A stretch of DNA of 64,000 bases from Schmidtea polychroa (taxonomy: Eukaryota), in assembly GCA_044892525.1 (NCBI GenBank), contig CM097887.1, positions 86,840,397 to 86,904,396 of the forward strand, given 5' to 3'. The notes under the pieces are model-generated. The model saw nothing but the letters and a program-made list of their open reading frames with translations, did not search any database and had not been told where the DNA came from. This document shows, one piece after another, positions 10,809-25,059 of the stretch. Every line of letters starts with the position of its first letter. The stretch's first letter is position 1. Both the position numbers and the translations under genes were made by a program.

Positions 10809-13800
10809 ATGAAAATGGATGATAATGAATCTGAGATAAGTAGTGAAGGAAGTGATTTTATCGCGACGGATGAAATGCTAACTTATGCTTATGATGATGA
10901 AAGTACCATTAATGAAGAAGAAGATGTTGCTGATGAAGATGAAGTTAATAAACTCAAACTTGTAGATTTTAGTTCCATTAAATCAGCCATATTTATTACA
11001 ACGCTAGGAAAGTGATATGCCAATTGAGGAACTACTACGACTTTATGGTTCACGAATTGAACCTAGTGAACAAGATAATGATTCAGTATCAGAAGATTTA
11101 AATTCTGGTTCTAATTTAGAACACAAAGTGAACTTTTTAATCATTGGTTTAATATTAAATTGTTAATAATTACTGTTAGGTCATTTAATAGCTTGCTGTT
11201 TTCCAAATCATAATATAATTTTATTGAATATGACAAAATTAATAAATTTTTAATAATTTATATATTATATTTAGGATACTAAACATTTTATTTACTAGTT
11301 TAATTCATTAATGTATTTACCTCACATTAACCCTCATTTAAAATTTGTTGATAAAAACGAGATGTGCTGAATTGCGCTTAAAGGCATTTTACAGTGAGTA
11401 TATAAAGATACCGAGACGTTAACCACTTAATGACTTCGAATACATGACGCATAATTTTAGAAAGGAAATAATAATAAATAAAAAACTTCAATGACAAATA
11501 TCGTCAGTAGGAACAGTTATGTTATGTAATATATTTAATAGTGCATGCTGGTGGGTTCTTTTAATTCATCCATTTCACAATCAAGTCATGCTTTCAATAT
11601 AACAAACTATATTCACTATTGGTGCAATATATAAGGGAAATCCCAAACAGTAATATACAGGACATTAACCATCTTGATCCCAGAGATTGAAATCAATAAA
11701 TGAAGGAATGCGCTACGTACCTGCTGAAAAAAATGACAAGCAAATCAATAAAAATAACCGAGAGAGGTAGTGAAAAAACATGAAAAAGGACCCAATTATG
11801 ATTAATGTATAAAGAAACAAACAATTTAAAGAAAAACAAGTGTATATAAGACTAATAAGCATTTTAAAGAAGTTCTAACAAGCTTTTTATTATATCATAA
11901 ATGTTGTGAATTAATTACAATGCAATATCACCAAATTTTGAATGTGGCATCAGAGATAAAGTAAAAATTAAAAACTTTTCTATAAATTTGAATTCACGAA
12001 AAAACAGTTGGGATACCTAAAATAATAAATTAAAATAATTATTAAAATGATTGGGGGAAATAAATGAATATAGAAAGGAAGTTTGTTGTAAATCTCGAAT
12101 TGTGAATTGGAAGCAGAGTGAAAGAAAAAATCTTAAAATGAAAACAATATAACAGAAAAACAAATAAAGGCAATTATTAATTCTTACGTATAAATCAAAA
12201 TAGAAGCTAGAAAACTGAAAAACAAATCAATAAAAGAATTTTTCTAATCTAAGTAGTTTGTCTGAGATAATGAAAACATTCAATAGAAAATAAATTGCAA
12301 TCCCTATTAAACTAAAACTCGCCTAATATGGAATATTGTGTTCAGGACTCACTGAAAGCTGATGATGATCAACAGGAAGATTCTTGTAAAGAAGTCAAAG
12401 ATAACAATTTAGAAACATCAGATAACGAAATAGAAAATGAAGCTCCAAGGGGATCGAATCGGTTATGGTGCAAAGCATTGATAGGTGAATTATGATTCGA
12501 TTGTCAATGGTTTGAATTGTCTGTTAAGAAAATAATTCCAATTACAACTCAGAAGACGATGGAGATTATATTCCGATAATTACCTCGAAATTGTACTCGA
12601 ATGCTGTAAGTCATGAATAATCCCTTTTTCTGGAACGGAATTATAATTATATTAAATGCAACAGAAAATCCGAGTTGGGGATAATTATCAAGCTTTTATT
12701 CCTGGAATCAATAACAAAATATCGCAAAATGACATCTGTAGACAATTGAGGCGAAGTGAAATCCTTCAGTGGAAATGTCTCGATGACAGTGAAAATTTTC
12801 AAACCGACTTGAAACGTTATTTGAAACTGTATGGTGAGGTTAGTGGACAAACTGGACTGATTAATGGCAAAATTGACGANNNNNNNNNNNNNNNNNNNNN
12901 NNNNNNNNNNNNNNNNNNNNNNNNNNNNNNNNNNNNNNNNNNNNNNNNNNNNNNNNNNNNNNNNNNNNNNNNNNNNNNNNNNNNNNNNNNNNNNNNNNNN
13001 NNNNNNNNNNNNNNNNNNNNNTTTTATTTAATTTTGTTTTTATTATTATTATTAATATTATAATTTTTTTAAATTTTATTAATAATTATTTTAATTTTAT
13101 TTAATTTTTACTTTTGTTTTTATTATTATAGCTTTTTATTTTTACATTTATTTCATTTTTATTTAATTTTGCTTTTATTATTATTATTAATATTATAATT
13201 TTTTTTAAATTTTATTATTAATTATTTTAACTTTTTATTTTAATTTAATTTTTTTTTATTATTATTTTATTTTTTAAATTATAATTTACTTGTTTAACAT
13301 TTAATTAATGCTGCTTCCAAGAAATCATCACTATATATTTTTATTATTTTTATTTTATAACTTTTTTTACAGTTGTAATTATTTCAAGTAATTTATTATT
13401 TGCTTCACTCGGGGTTTTATCCTTGTTATTGAAATTATTGAAATTACAAATGAATTTGAGAGCGTAATTCTCAGTGAGATAATACTACATGTATACAAAA
13501 ATGCATATATAAATAAAATCTTCTACATAAACTTGGATTGACAATGTTTTTTCAAGCTCAAAGAATAGCCTGACGCAATGAATCAATATTTGTTATATCT
13601 TGGCTTTTATGAATATGTACCTTCATCAAAATCCATATATTTTCTATGTGATTAACGCTGGTCAATTGCACGTTACAATACATTCATTTTAGAGAAAATG
13701 TCGTGTAAGAGTTGGTGTGTGAATTATAGCGCAATCTTGTTGAAATATTGCGTTAGAGTATAGCTTAAGTAACATTCTTTCCAAAAGAGGGATCTATTGT

Positions 13801-14348
13801 TTACGAAGTAATGGTATATACACAGAGGAAGTGGTGTTCACGCGTACAAAAGAAAAAGCACAATCTTCATAACTTGTTATGTAGCCCAGATCATTAATTT
13901 CTGTCAACTGCTAATAGGTGCTAACAATATGCATCATTGAGGAAACTTCGGGTACTTGATGATGGAGATAAACCCATTTTTTGAAACTGAAGTCGGCGAT
14001 GTCAATAGACCTTTCATCACTAAAAATCCATGGCCTGAAATTTGACCCCAGTCTCGACAAATACCACTCGGCACGAGCAATTTTGTGACTTTTAATCAAC
14101 AAACCCCGTACTGCTTATCATTAGGAAATTCTTGCAACGAAGAATAATCTCTCTAGATATGCCAGAGTCATTAGTCAATTCAGAATTCGACTGAAAACTG
14201 CTTTGCATTGGTAATTCGCATGGGACCAAGTTTCGCCTTTTCCTGCTCAAGTTGATTAGGAACTTGCCGTCGGATTGCATTTTGTTTTTAATGATGCTTT
14301 AAGAGCTATTTCATTAGTTATTGCATGTTGAGAGAAACCACGATAGCG

Positions 14349-14400
<52 letters not shown>

Positions 14401-15952
14401 CATGGACCATCTGATAAGCGCTGTACAGAGTGATACAGTCACACGAGTGTATGTGCTATGTCCCAAAAGTTGTATCTTTATTGTAATTTCAAACAAATAC
14501 ATTTGTCTTTTCTAACAAGTATTTGCACTTTGTATATTCGAGATATTTATATGTGGCTGTCGAGTTGTTCGTCCTGTGATTTAGCAATTGCCTGTAAACT
14601 AAACGAATAATTTGGTAAATTGTTCTGCAAGCGTGGCGTTTTTATATATATTTTAAATAATTTATAAATAAAAGATGTAAACCAATAGATAAGATTATAA
14701 TTTATCAGTTATTAATTTTCTAATTATCAATTTAGAAAATTTTGATTTATATGAATTTTTTACAATTTAAAATAAATTTTAATAATTTTCATTTAAAATT
14801 TACTCTTTTTAATAGGTATTATATTCATAAAATAATGCTTTCATATTTTATATTGACTTTTAAAAGTTTATCTCTAAATATGTAAATTAAATATAAATGA
14901 ACATTTTGATATTCACAATAACCGTTTAACATGAAATTCGTCATCATTATTTACTATTTTTTATTTTCTCGATAACTAGTAAGATTAAATTTGAGTTTTT
15001 GCAATAAATTCTAGATTTTTTCTCATTGTTTCTTCAGAAAATACAAATATTAAATGCTACTATTCCATTCAACATTTTCACACGTGTTTTTTTTTTGACC
15101 CGAACATTTGAATAAAAAATAATTTTTTTTTGAAACTCAAAAAGAAAATCATTAGAACACGAAAATAAGTTTTTATTATTACAATTAAATAACATACAAA
15201 ATAGATTGCTTCTTAAAAAACAGGAAAATATTTTGTAAAGACAATGTAAATTTTATTTTTAAAACTGTATTTTATATTGCTCCGTGCTGCCTCTAAAAGC
15301 TTTTTATTTTCCGCTACCATAGTCCGAAATTTGTCGCATTTTATTTTTAAATAGTTACAAATTAATAATTCGGCTTTAACATGATCAGGCGTTAAACGGT
15401 TCCTTTTATCCCAACACATTGAACCCATTACTGAAAAAATTCGTTCGACAAAGGAATTACTAGGAGAATGCCGAATAAAAATTCCCTTAACTTCCTCAGT
15501 ATTTGCGCACATAATTGTTCTTTGCTTTTTTCGTTGTCGCTGATATATATAGCTAATATAGGATTTAATGAGCATAGCTCGTGAAATAAATCGTCACCTT
15601 GTGATTCGATGTCCACGTTTAGATACGCACTTATTGCAATACAGCCATTAATATTGGGAACACATTGTTTTATATTAAATTTATTAGCATTCTCCAAAAA
15701 TGTATTTACAAAGTCATACCAATCGTATAAGTATTTCAACGCTCTAGCATATACGGTGTCTGCTTCATTTTTAAATCGTATTTTATTGGCATTCAACAGA
15801 AGCGCTAATGATTGATTTACTATAAAACCGTAAAAGTGTTCTTTATTATAATATTATTTTTTGTAACTTTATTATAGAAACGCATAAATTTTGGATTAAA
15901 TAACCCTGTTTAATTTCAAATTTAATACATACTTTACACACACACATACACT

Positions 15953-15984
<32 letters not shown>

Positions 15985-18900
15985 CACTTGTTTAACATCT
16001 AATTTATTCTGCTACCAAGAAGCCATCATTTTACATTTTCTACTGGTTTGAACTTCCGTTCCTCCTTGGTGGCTCCCTTAATTTCGATTTTTGTAACCTG
16101 CTACTGAGTAATACTGTTATAGATGAAATTAAATGAACTTTTTCAATTATAGTTACATCTATCTTTTAATTTTCATAATTTTCATAATAATTTGGCATCA
16201 ACTGATTCCTTATTATAATCCCAAAATATAATTCTACTCTATTTTACTTTGAAAAAGTCGATCGGATTTCATTTTTTCCTAATTCTCAAAACTTCCTTTT
16301 TCAAAAAGTGCCTCTTTCTTCGCAAATTCTCTCATCGACCAGTGAGTATACCATATATTATTAACTTTAAATCAAGTTGTTAAGTTTTAGGACGTTTTAT
16401 AAACACTATATATTTAAAATTTAAAAATTATTGTGTAAAATAAAGGTAATTGTAATTGTGAAGATTTTCCGAAGCGCAATTTATTCCAAATTATCTATTA
16501 TGTCCAAATATTTGATCATATTATTTAAATATTTAATCATTATTTCAAAATATTTAATCATTATGCTAAATTATTTAATGATTTTATAAATTATTTAATT
16601 AATTTAAAATTGCATTTTTAGAATATAACAAATTCATTAATATCTCACAAATAAATCCTAAAATTATTATTCATATTTAATTTATTTATCCCCATCTCGG
16701 TATCCTTATTGATTATAGGAACAATCAATATTGCTTTCGATTCGCTTATTAATATTCGAAATTTCAGGATTCTTTCATTTAATACGTTTTTGGTTTTCTC
16801 TGTATCACTTTGATTTGGATTTTCAGGAAAAACTGAAATAGGGTCTTCTTGAATGATCGAGATTCCATTTAATAATTCTGGTTTCAATTGTAAATCGTGA
16901 AATGATTTTACTTAGTGAATAGGGGCTGATATATTTGACTGTACTATGCTAACATTGCCAGAATTAGTTTCGATCAAAGTCGTTCACAAGTTAGGGTTTA
17001 TTAATAATTTATTTGATATTATAGTAGAGCCGTTTTCTAAAACTTTCATATATTCAATATTTATAATTAATCTTTAAAAATCGGAATTTTTTATTTTTAA
17101 TTTGATTAACAATTAATGATGTGTAATTTTCGTAAAATACTTGCTAAGAGACATTTTTTGGTTAGAACGGTTTGATGTTATCAGTGAATGATAATTTATA
17201 ATTAAATCAGTTCAAATTGAAAAAATATATTACTTAATCTCAAAATTACAAAAGAAAAACAAATTTATTAGATTAAATTTACAATTTCCACAAAAAATAC
17301 AATATCAAATTTAACATATCAAATTAGGTTTATGTACTAGTTGAATCGAAATGAAGTTATAATTATAATTTATACATTTAATAATGTTAATATTTCATTT
17401 ATTGATATTAATTTTTCAATCAATAGTTTTTGTGATTATATATAGCAGGGGTGTCCAACTTTTCTGTATACAAAATCTACATTTTTTGTTAAGAGTGTGT
17501 CGAGATCGACTTCTTGTCATAATGGGTGTGTAATGCATATACTATGTTTGTACACTGTGTTTCACTATAAGGCAGTGTTTCTCAAACTATGGGTCGCGAC
17601 CTATTTTTGGGTCGCGAAAGAATTTTTGGTGGGTCGCGATGACTTATGGAAAGATCTACAAATATAAATTTTGGAAGTTTAAGCCTTTTAAATTTATTTA
17701 ATCTTTGTCATGTGGGTCGCAATAAAATTTTTGGCATGAAATGTCAAAAATTTGGGTCGTGATCAAAAAAGTTTGAGAACCACTGCTATAAGGTGTATTC
17801 CAGCTAGGTATGGGTAGATACGTAAAATATATGTTCAAACCTATTTTTATTTTCAAATCACTTATTAGTTTTCGAGATTTAGGCTCCCGAAGAAAATAAA
17901 TTCCCAGACTAAACTTTTGATAGTACATTCCGTACCTAAAAAATTCGATTTTACAATAATTTTTCGAGATAGATTTTTACTAACAAAAAATGCAATTTAG
18001 TTTTTTTATCAACTGCAATGTATAGTTGTAATATTTGTTCGTAAATGCACAGTATGGCTGATAATTTGATTAAAATATTTCATTTTGTTGTTCTTTTGGG
18101 CCAAGAAAATTTTTCACGAGAGAATAATATGACTTTTGCTAATTGATCAATAGCTCGTCAGTACATCTCGTACTGAAATATAGATACACAGCTTATCTAC
18201 CTATGTACAAAAAGAAAGAACGTCGATAATTATTAACAATATTTATTAATTCAAAGTAGCCACAGTTAAATACAGATTTAGAATTCACTTTGTTCCCTTA
18301 ACATTAATGGGAAGACTGAATTTGCATGTCTCTAACCAAGGAATCATAATCAGGTGTATAGCCCGACAAAGATATTAATAATGAGTCTTCTGTATGGGAA
18401 TCAGACAGGACAGAACGCTGTTTTGTCTTCGTCAGCTTCAAGTATGAAAATGCCGATTCGCAAAGGTATGTAGATCCGAAACAAGAATAGATATATTCGC
18501 TACATTTGGTGACATTGGGATATTTTTCTCGGCTGACATATTTCCAAAAAACTTCTTCAGATTTTCTGTCTTGTCACAGTAGTAAACGGAATTTTTCCCA
18601 GACATTGCGAGAGATCGACGATCGACTTGTTGGCCACCCCTGATATATAGGGTCTGAAATATTTTGATTTGACTGTACTGTGTTAACATTGCCAGAATAT
18701 ATATAATTTTCATAATATAACTTATAGTATTTTTACATATGAAAAAAATTTCGTGAATATCAAAAATATCTTAATTTATTTCATAGTCAAAATTTTCTAA
18801 TAAATATAAAGTCAATTGAAAAGAAATTGTAAAAAGTTCTTATATTTAAAGTTAAATGTAAAAATACTATATACACTATTTAAAATCTAATTAACTTAAC

Positions 18901-19918
18901 AGAAATAAATAATATATATAGTATTTTATTTAGAGCAATAAAGGCTTTTCTCATTATCCTTCGTTTCACCATTTAAACTTTCATTTTGTGTCATCTAAAA
19001 CTATAATTATAAATGAATTATTAAATTAAGTTAAAGTCACTATTAAATGAAATTTAATATTCTTTAATAAAAATTTTTAAAATATTTGCTATATGATTAA
19101 ACATTTGACATGAATAAATATTTGACATAATGATAAAATATGTGCCATAATGATTAAATATTTTTTAAACTCCGTAATAAAAACTGATATAGGTTATTGC
19201 GATATTGTCCTTATCGAATATTATATGCGTTGACTGTTATTATTTACAAGGCGTTGTATACATTGATGGAACAAGATTACGATTTAGAAGCAGCAGTAAC
19301 TTATTTGAAAAATAAACCAATAAAACCTTCAAGTAAGTTAATAAAGAAATTCCTTTCGGGATAAATAAATCTGAATTACAGACCTTCCCACCATAATGCA
19401 ATCTTGGTCTGAACAAGAATGCATTGAATTCGAAAAAGGATTTGAGATTCATAATAAAAATTTTAGAATCATCAAAGAACAAAGAGTAAAACTTTAAAGA
19501 TTATAAATCTGAAATATTATCGTTATTATTATCAAACAGTTAAGAACGAGAAGTGTTGCGGAAATTGTGGAATTTTATTATTTCTGGAAAAAAACCTCCC
19601 GATATGACGAATGTATTCGATGGTGTAAAAGAGACAAAAAGAAACCGTTGAATCAGATTACGTAATGGAAATTGAATATTTTTGAAAATCTGGATAACAC
19701 ATGTAACATTTATTTAGGGATTTTATTGATTGCTTAGCGCCAGAAACCAATGGCAGGAAGGAAAATTGTTTACTTGGCAATTGGCCAGGAGTAAAAGTTG
19801 ATAATGAAATACTCCAAGTTCAAGGTATTGGATTACATATTATTACTATATTAAATTATTATAAATACCCTTATCAGGGCCAATTGAACCACCAGTTCTG
19901 TCTCATAATGTTATTTAA
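10809..19918 (+). CDS. MIER1: MIER-family (mesoderm induction early response) ELM2-SANT corepressor
   Basis: Exons 10809-10961, 11008-11127, 12346-12484, 12529-12605, 12665-gap, 19251-19332, 19382-19485, 19540-19661, 19718-19824 and 19878-19918, with consistent phases. Acidic N-terminus YDDESTINEEE...ESDMPIEELLRLYG; ELM2 KIRVGDNYQAFIP...ALYTLMEQDYD; SANT WSEQECIEFEKG...RTRSVAEIVEFYYFWKK. One exon end lies in the gap; paralog number is not assignable. Confidence 0.9.
12880..13021. other. Assembly gap (N run)
   Basis: 142 Ns. Confidence 1.
13472..14280 (-). mobile_element. Tc1-type (IS630-Tc1-mariner) transposase pseudogene in MIER intron
   Basis: Minus-strand WIFSDE, FQQDCAIIH and IENIWILMK motifs (DDE triad), with multiple stops and frameshifts. 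Confidence 0.85.
15213..15796 (-). mobile_element. hAT transposase C-terminal remnant (frameshifted)
   Basis: SPSNSFVERIFSVMGSMCWDKRNRLTPDHVKAELLI matches the hAT dimerisation domain. Confidence 0.85.
17446..18642 (-). mobile_element. Internally deleted hAT (Buster/Charlie-type) element
   Basis: TIRs caggggtgtccaac / gttggccacccctg; perfect 8-bp TSD atatatag. Minus-strand remnant 18304-18560: FWKYVSREKYPN...FGSTYLCESAFSYLK...QIQSSH*. Confidence 0.9.
17573..17785. mobile_element. hAT MITE nested in the Buster element
   Basis: TIRs cagtgtttctcaaact / agtttgagaaccactg; perfect TSD ctataagg; internal gggtcgcga repeats. Confidence 0.92.
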
Positions 19919-20649
19919 TAATTATTACACAATTAATTCGAAATATAACCTTTAATTTTTTAATCGACAACATGGCATTTTTATTTCTATATTCTAAAAT
20001 CGACTTTTTTATCGAATGATAATAAAATAAATCAATTTTATAAATATATTTAAAATCCTATTATTCTGCTTCGTTTCATGGTAACGACGTGGTAAAAACT
20101 ACTATTGCTTAGTAATAGGTAGATGTGAGCACCGCATACCACTATCAGTTGTCACGTATATATCTCCCCCCCAGAAAATAGCACCAGTGTTTCGATCTCG
20201 CGAAATGAATTTCTATGCGGTTGGTCGACAAGCTTTCGCGAATTTATTGATTTTTAAGTGCAAAAATGTGCAAGTGCAATTTCAGACTTTTTGATTTTTA
20301 GACTAGTCCAAAGCGCTCAAATATTTTCCACTATAAAAAATATAATTATTGATTTTAAGTGCAATTTCGGATTATAATCAGAAGTTTTTTTGGTTATTCG
20401 TAATATAGAATTTTGATTCTCTGCGTTTGTGTTTACATAAAATAGTATGTAATTATATATAATATATATATATTATATATATTCACATAAAATATAAATA
20501 CCCTTTCAATTGATATTTTGGTAATTTTGAATGTAATTTTTAATAATAAATTTTAAATAATTTTAGATAAAATTTCCTTTATTTAATGCCTATTAAGTGC
20601 AATTAATTGCACTTTTGTTTATAATATAACTTATAGTATTTTTACATAT

Positions 20650-22296
20650 AAAAATAGTACAAAAAAAAGACATGTCGTTCCTATGGTGGCCAAATTTAAA
20701 ATTATTTAACAGTATGGAAAAGGTGGCAAAATGACAGACATCGCACACGCTCATAAAATCTGTCATTCTATGATTAGAACAATTATACTCGATAATGTTC
20801 GTATCATGGATCATGCAAAAAAATCAGTACCAATGCAATTTATAATATCTACCGAGGAAAGAGAAGTGGAAAAGTATTAGTTGTGTGGATAGAAGATATA
20901 CAACAAATTCAAATAAAACTTATGCTCATACAGGAGAAAGTCTTGGTTATTTTTGAAAACCTAAAGTGTAAAAATGATTATATTGTTGGTACTTTCTCAT
21001 ATATTCATTGTAAGCTGCAAATGGTTTCAAAGATTTTAAGGTCTATACAACATCAAAGTACCCGGTGAGGCTTCCAGTGCAGATACAGAGAAAACTACGA
21101 ATATTATTAAGTGTATATAACAGAAATCATAAATAATGAGAATATCTTCAACAAATTTTTAATGTATACGAAACTGGGTTATTTTGGAAAAATTTCAAAT
21201 CGGTAATATATATCCCAACTAGAAAGATCTATGTCTGGTTTTAATATGTCTAAAAATATGCTAACACTGTTAGTTGTTCGAAATGTTGCTGAAGATTGCA
21301 AAATCAAACCACTTCTAATTGACCATAGTTTAAAACCAAGGAAATTAGGTAATATTTCCAAATCGTCACTATTGAAGAACTTGGATGATTCAAGAAAATT
21401 TTTAAGTATGTTTTCGTCATAATTTTATACAAGAAAGAAAAATATAGCAAAGAAAATAACCTGATTTAAAATTTTATTGCTAATTGATAATGCACTGAGC
21501 AGTCCGCTTTGCGACTATAATAAAAACGTAAAAATAATGTTCGTTTCACCTAATACAACCCTCATTATTCAACCAATGGATAAAGATGTAATTCATAAAT
21601 CTACGGAATACAGTTAGTTAGAATGACAAAACGGAAAATCATTAACCAAATTCTGGAAAGAGTATAATATTTAAAGAATATCTTAAACACATTGGCGATT
21701 CCTAGAGCAAAAATTTCATTGGATCTACAATGAGTAACGTATGGAATAAGCTCATCTCCCATGTGATCGAAGATGGTATGCAAACTGAAGAAGTTGACTA
21801 TGTTATTAGCAAACTAGTCGAAATTAAAAAAGAATTGGACCGAAATTTGGAAGAAGAGGATTTTGTCAATTTAATCAACAGCTATTCAATGAAAATACGC
21901 ATCGAAGTTTTGATGGAACTCGTGAACCTGTGAAAAGGAGACTCTTTCAGAAGAACAGGAAAAAAGATAACAATATTAGCAATTTGAAATCATCAAGATG
22001 GTTTGAATGTTTAAATGATTGAGAATATATTAGGTTGCTTCGAGGCTCAATACGCTGATATAATTCAAAAGCAGTTAATTATGCTATTGCGTGCTATACT
22101 ATGATTTATGAAGAAAAGAAAAGGTTTACAAGACAAACGACATTGAACGAGTTTTGTAAAAAGTATTTTGTAGGCTCATTTTATTTTCACTTATCTTTTG
22201 AAACCTACACATTATTGCACACAAAATTGCACGATTTTTTGATTTACATAAAAATTTTCAGAATGAATTAATCACGTAAGTCAAGGATTTACTATA
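20650..22296 (+). mobile_element. Tigger/pogo (CENP-B HTH plus DDE_1) transposase pseudogene
   Basis: VWIEDIQQ, GEASSAD, QIFNVYETGLFWK, KIKPLLIDHS, LLLIDNA, PNTTLIIQPMD and QTTLNEF fragments with many stops. Tigger-like terminal sequence near 22270-22296. Confidence 0.85.
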
Positions 22297-22849
22297 TTGT
22301 CAATTTATTTTAATTTTAATCGACAACATAAGAATTGTATTGCAATGTTATCTAAAAATCGATTTATCCCTATCGAATGATGTATAATCTATTCAAAGCT
22401 TAAAATATAATTATAAAATTGATTTATTGTCATTCATTAAAAAATTGATTTTTAAAATATATTGAAATAAAAATGTCATATTGTCGTAGTATATAAAACT
22501 AGAGTTTTATAACAGGCATTCTCATCGAAATAATGTTCGAAAGTGCTATATCAATAAGTTTGTCAAAATCTATTTGTGGTAGATTTCATATCTAGCATGT
22601 TTCAGTATTATATTAGCAATCGGTACGCTCCAAATATGTTTCTTTCAAACTTGGATATAGCACTTTTTAGCATAACTCAGGCAAAATATTCTCATATTAA
22701 TTAGTTTATTATTTTAAAATTGCACAACATTTAATTTATATTATTTATATAATTCCTCCTTTTCTCGCACTTTCTTTTTTAAAAAATATCGTTCAAATGA
22801 ATTTTGTTGAATCAATGATATCAATCAAAGTTACTGGAATTATTTCTGA

Positions 22850-23910
22850 AATGGACCAAGTATCAAAAAGCACAGAGTTCAGAATCAAACAGTTACAACA
22901 AGAACTATTACAAAGGGCAAGGTGACTCGAATTTTTCAGGCCTATGAAATTATTTAATTAAAAAAATATTGTCAATGTAACAAGCTTTCGGCATATATTG
23001 AGAATAAAAATAATTTAAAGCCAAATTTTCAAAAAAATGCTTAAAATATTCCGGTAACCTCTCAGAATTTTTAAGGAACTTAGGTTGAACCAAGCGACAA
23101 AAAGAACTGAATTCATAGAAAAATGAAGTTACAAGAGCTGCCTATTTCCTATAGATAAAAATGATACAAAATCCACAGAATTTATTCCAAGTAAAGTTAC
23201 AAGGGATGTTTATTGCCTTTAGATGAAGAAGATCTAAGAAGTACAGAATTCAAACCAAATTATTATGATACTGAAATTATTGGTGAAATATAAGAGGTAC
23301 AGGATCCATGGTCAAATAAAGTTAGAACAATAGCTATTGCATAAAATAGAATAAGATACAAAAGAAGTTATTGCAATAAAAAAAAGATACCAAAAGTATA
23401 GATTTCAAATCAAACAAAATATCCAAAATTCATCGAATTTGAAGTTTGATAAGTTATTATTGAAATGGAACAAGATCTAAAAGGTGCCGAATTCAAGCCA
23501 AGTGAACTACAATTAGTAATCCCTATAGTAAAATATAGACATAGAATTCATGATAAATGATGTTATTGAAATGATTGTAAACTAGAATGTAAGCGCTATT
23601 ATTTATTACTGATGCAAAAAGGACATAATTCGTTCCAGATGAAGTTACAACAACAGTTATTGCATAAAGTAAAAAAAATATATAAAAAGTTATTGAAATA
23701 GATGCAGAAAGTGCAAAATTCACGGAGAAGAAAGTTGAATGAGCTATTGATGAGGGAAATTCAAAAGTATAGAATTCAGAACAAATGAAGCTACAGAAAT
23801 TATATACAAAAAGTACACAAAGAATTCATGGCACAATGAAGTTACAAGAGTTGTTTATTAGTGAAGAGGGTACAAAAGTACCAAATTCAAACCAAATGAA
23901 GTTTGAGAAG
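22850..23910 (+). repeat. Degenerate tandem repeat of about 60-70 bp, probably a decayed coding repeat
   Basis: Recurrent gaattca..ccaaatgaagttacaag. Conceptual unit DEEDxKSTEF(K/I)PNEVTR with scattered stops. Confidence 0.5.
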
Positions 23911-24036
23911 TTATTTCCGTGTTTATTTTTCCAATTTTTAACTTGCACATTTTCTTTTTATTTCATTCGTAACTCTATTTATAATATCTAATTGATTTAC
24001 TGAGCCCCACTATTTCCCCTGATAAATGTTTTATAG

Positions 24037-24254
24037 ATGAAGATCAAACCGCTCAATTTCTCAACAGATTGCTGATGTGTAATGGCTCAGAGCATGAGCG
24101 GGTGAAAAATGGTAACTGGAACATGACAACATCGTACCTAGCAACACACCAGAAAGAGTCTGGTGACGGGCATTCTGATAATTCCACAAAAGAAACCAAA
24201 ACGAGTCCTGAAACTGTTAGTAACGCTGACTCCATAAATAACAATGATAAATAA
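24037..24254 (+). CDS. Possible orphan terminal exon, unknown product
   Basis: ttttatag acceptor, then an open frame EDQTAQFLNRLLMCNG...SINNNDK* at raised GC. No upstream exon identified. Confidence 0.3.
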
Positions 24255-25059
24255 CATAATAATAATATTGACTCTTTCATCTAGAGTGTCCTAGGCAGCT
24301 TGTATTTTCATACTGTATACCTCAATTTCTGTATCCGTGTGTTTATTGACGAATAAAGTGTCCTTTTTTGATGAAATTAATAAATATTGTTCATATTTTT
24401 CTAGATCGACTGCTTTGTTGGCCTTATGCAAATCAATAATTATGCTAGTTCTCTTTATCCATAAAATCTTTTTATTCACTTTTGAAATGTTATCTAATCT
24501 CTATTTTCATTTCATTTTTAAACCTTCGATCAATATTTTTGTTGATATCTGGAACAGCATGTTGATCGATAATCTAAAAATAGAAATGAAGATAAATTAA
24601 ATTATTTCCCCCTTTAATTCGGATTTTGATTTTACAGTCGGTTCGAAATTTTTAACTCAACTGATTAGTTCGCATTTTGTTGTCAATTTATTGTTGTTTT
24701 TTATTTTGCATTAAATATCTATTTTTTAATCCAAATATTTATTTATAATCTTTAATCTATTTATCAATGAATTTCATAATGTAATCAATTATAAAATTAA
24801 TATTAATAAATAAATCGATTCTAGAATAGTTCAAAAGACATTTAAAAAATGATCAAAATAGTAATAGTAGTTGAGTTGCAATGCTGACTAAATGATCCGT
24901 GATCATAAACATTTTGACAAATAGTATTCAAATTAAGAATTATCTCGTATAATAATTTAATTAAATTATCAAAATAAGTGCAGTGGGTCACTATTAAACT
25001 AATAGTTTTATTACTGTTGTCTTAAAAATATCAGTAGAAAATCGCGACAACTGTATGGA

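Noticed and set aside
16915-18720. Short duplicated segments (16915-16965 vs 18645-18700; 13290 vs 15990; 14925 vs 29040)
   Set aside because: Probably fragments of old dispersed repeats; no termini or coding signal to support a call.
20073-20086. RFX X-box-like gtttcatggtaac
   Set aside because: One base short of the consensus, and no gene start identified downstream.
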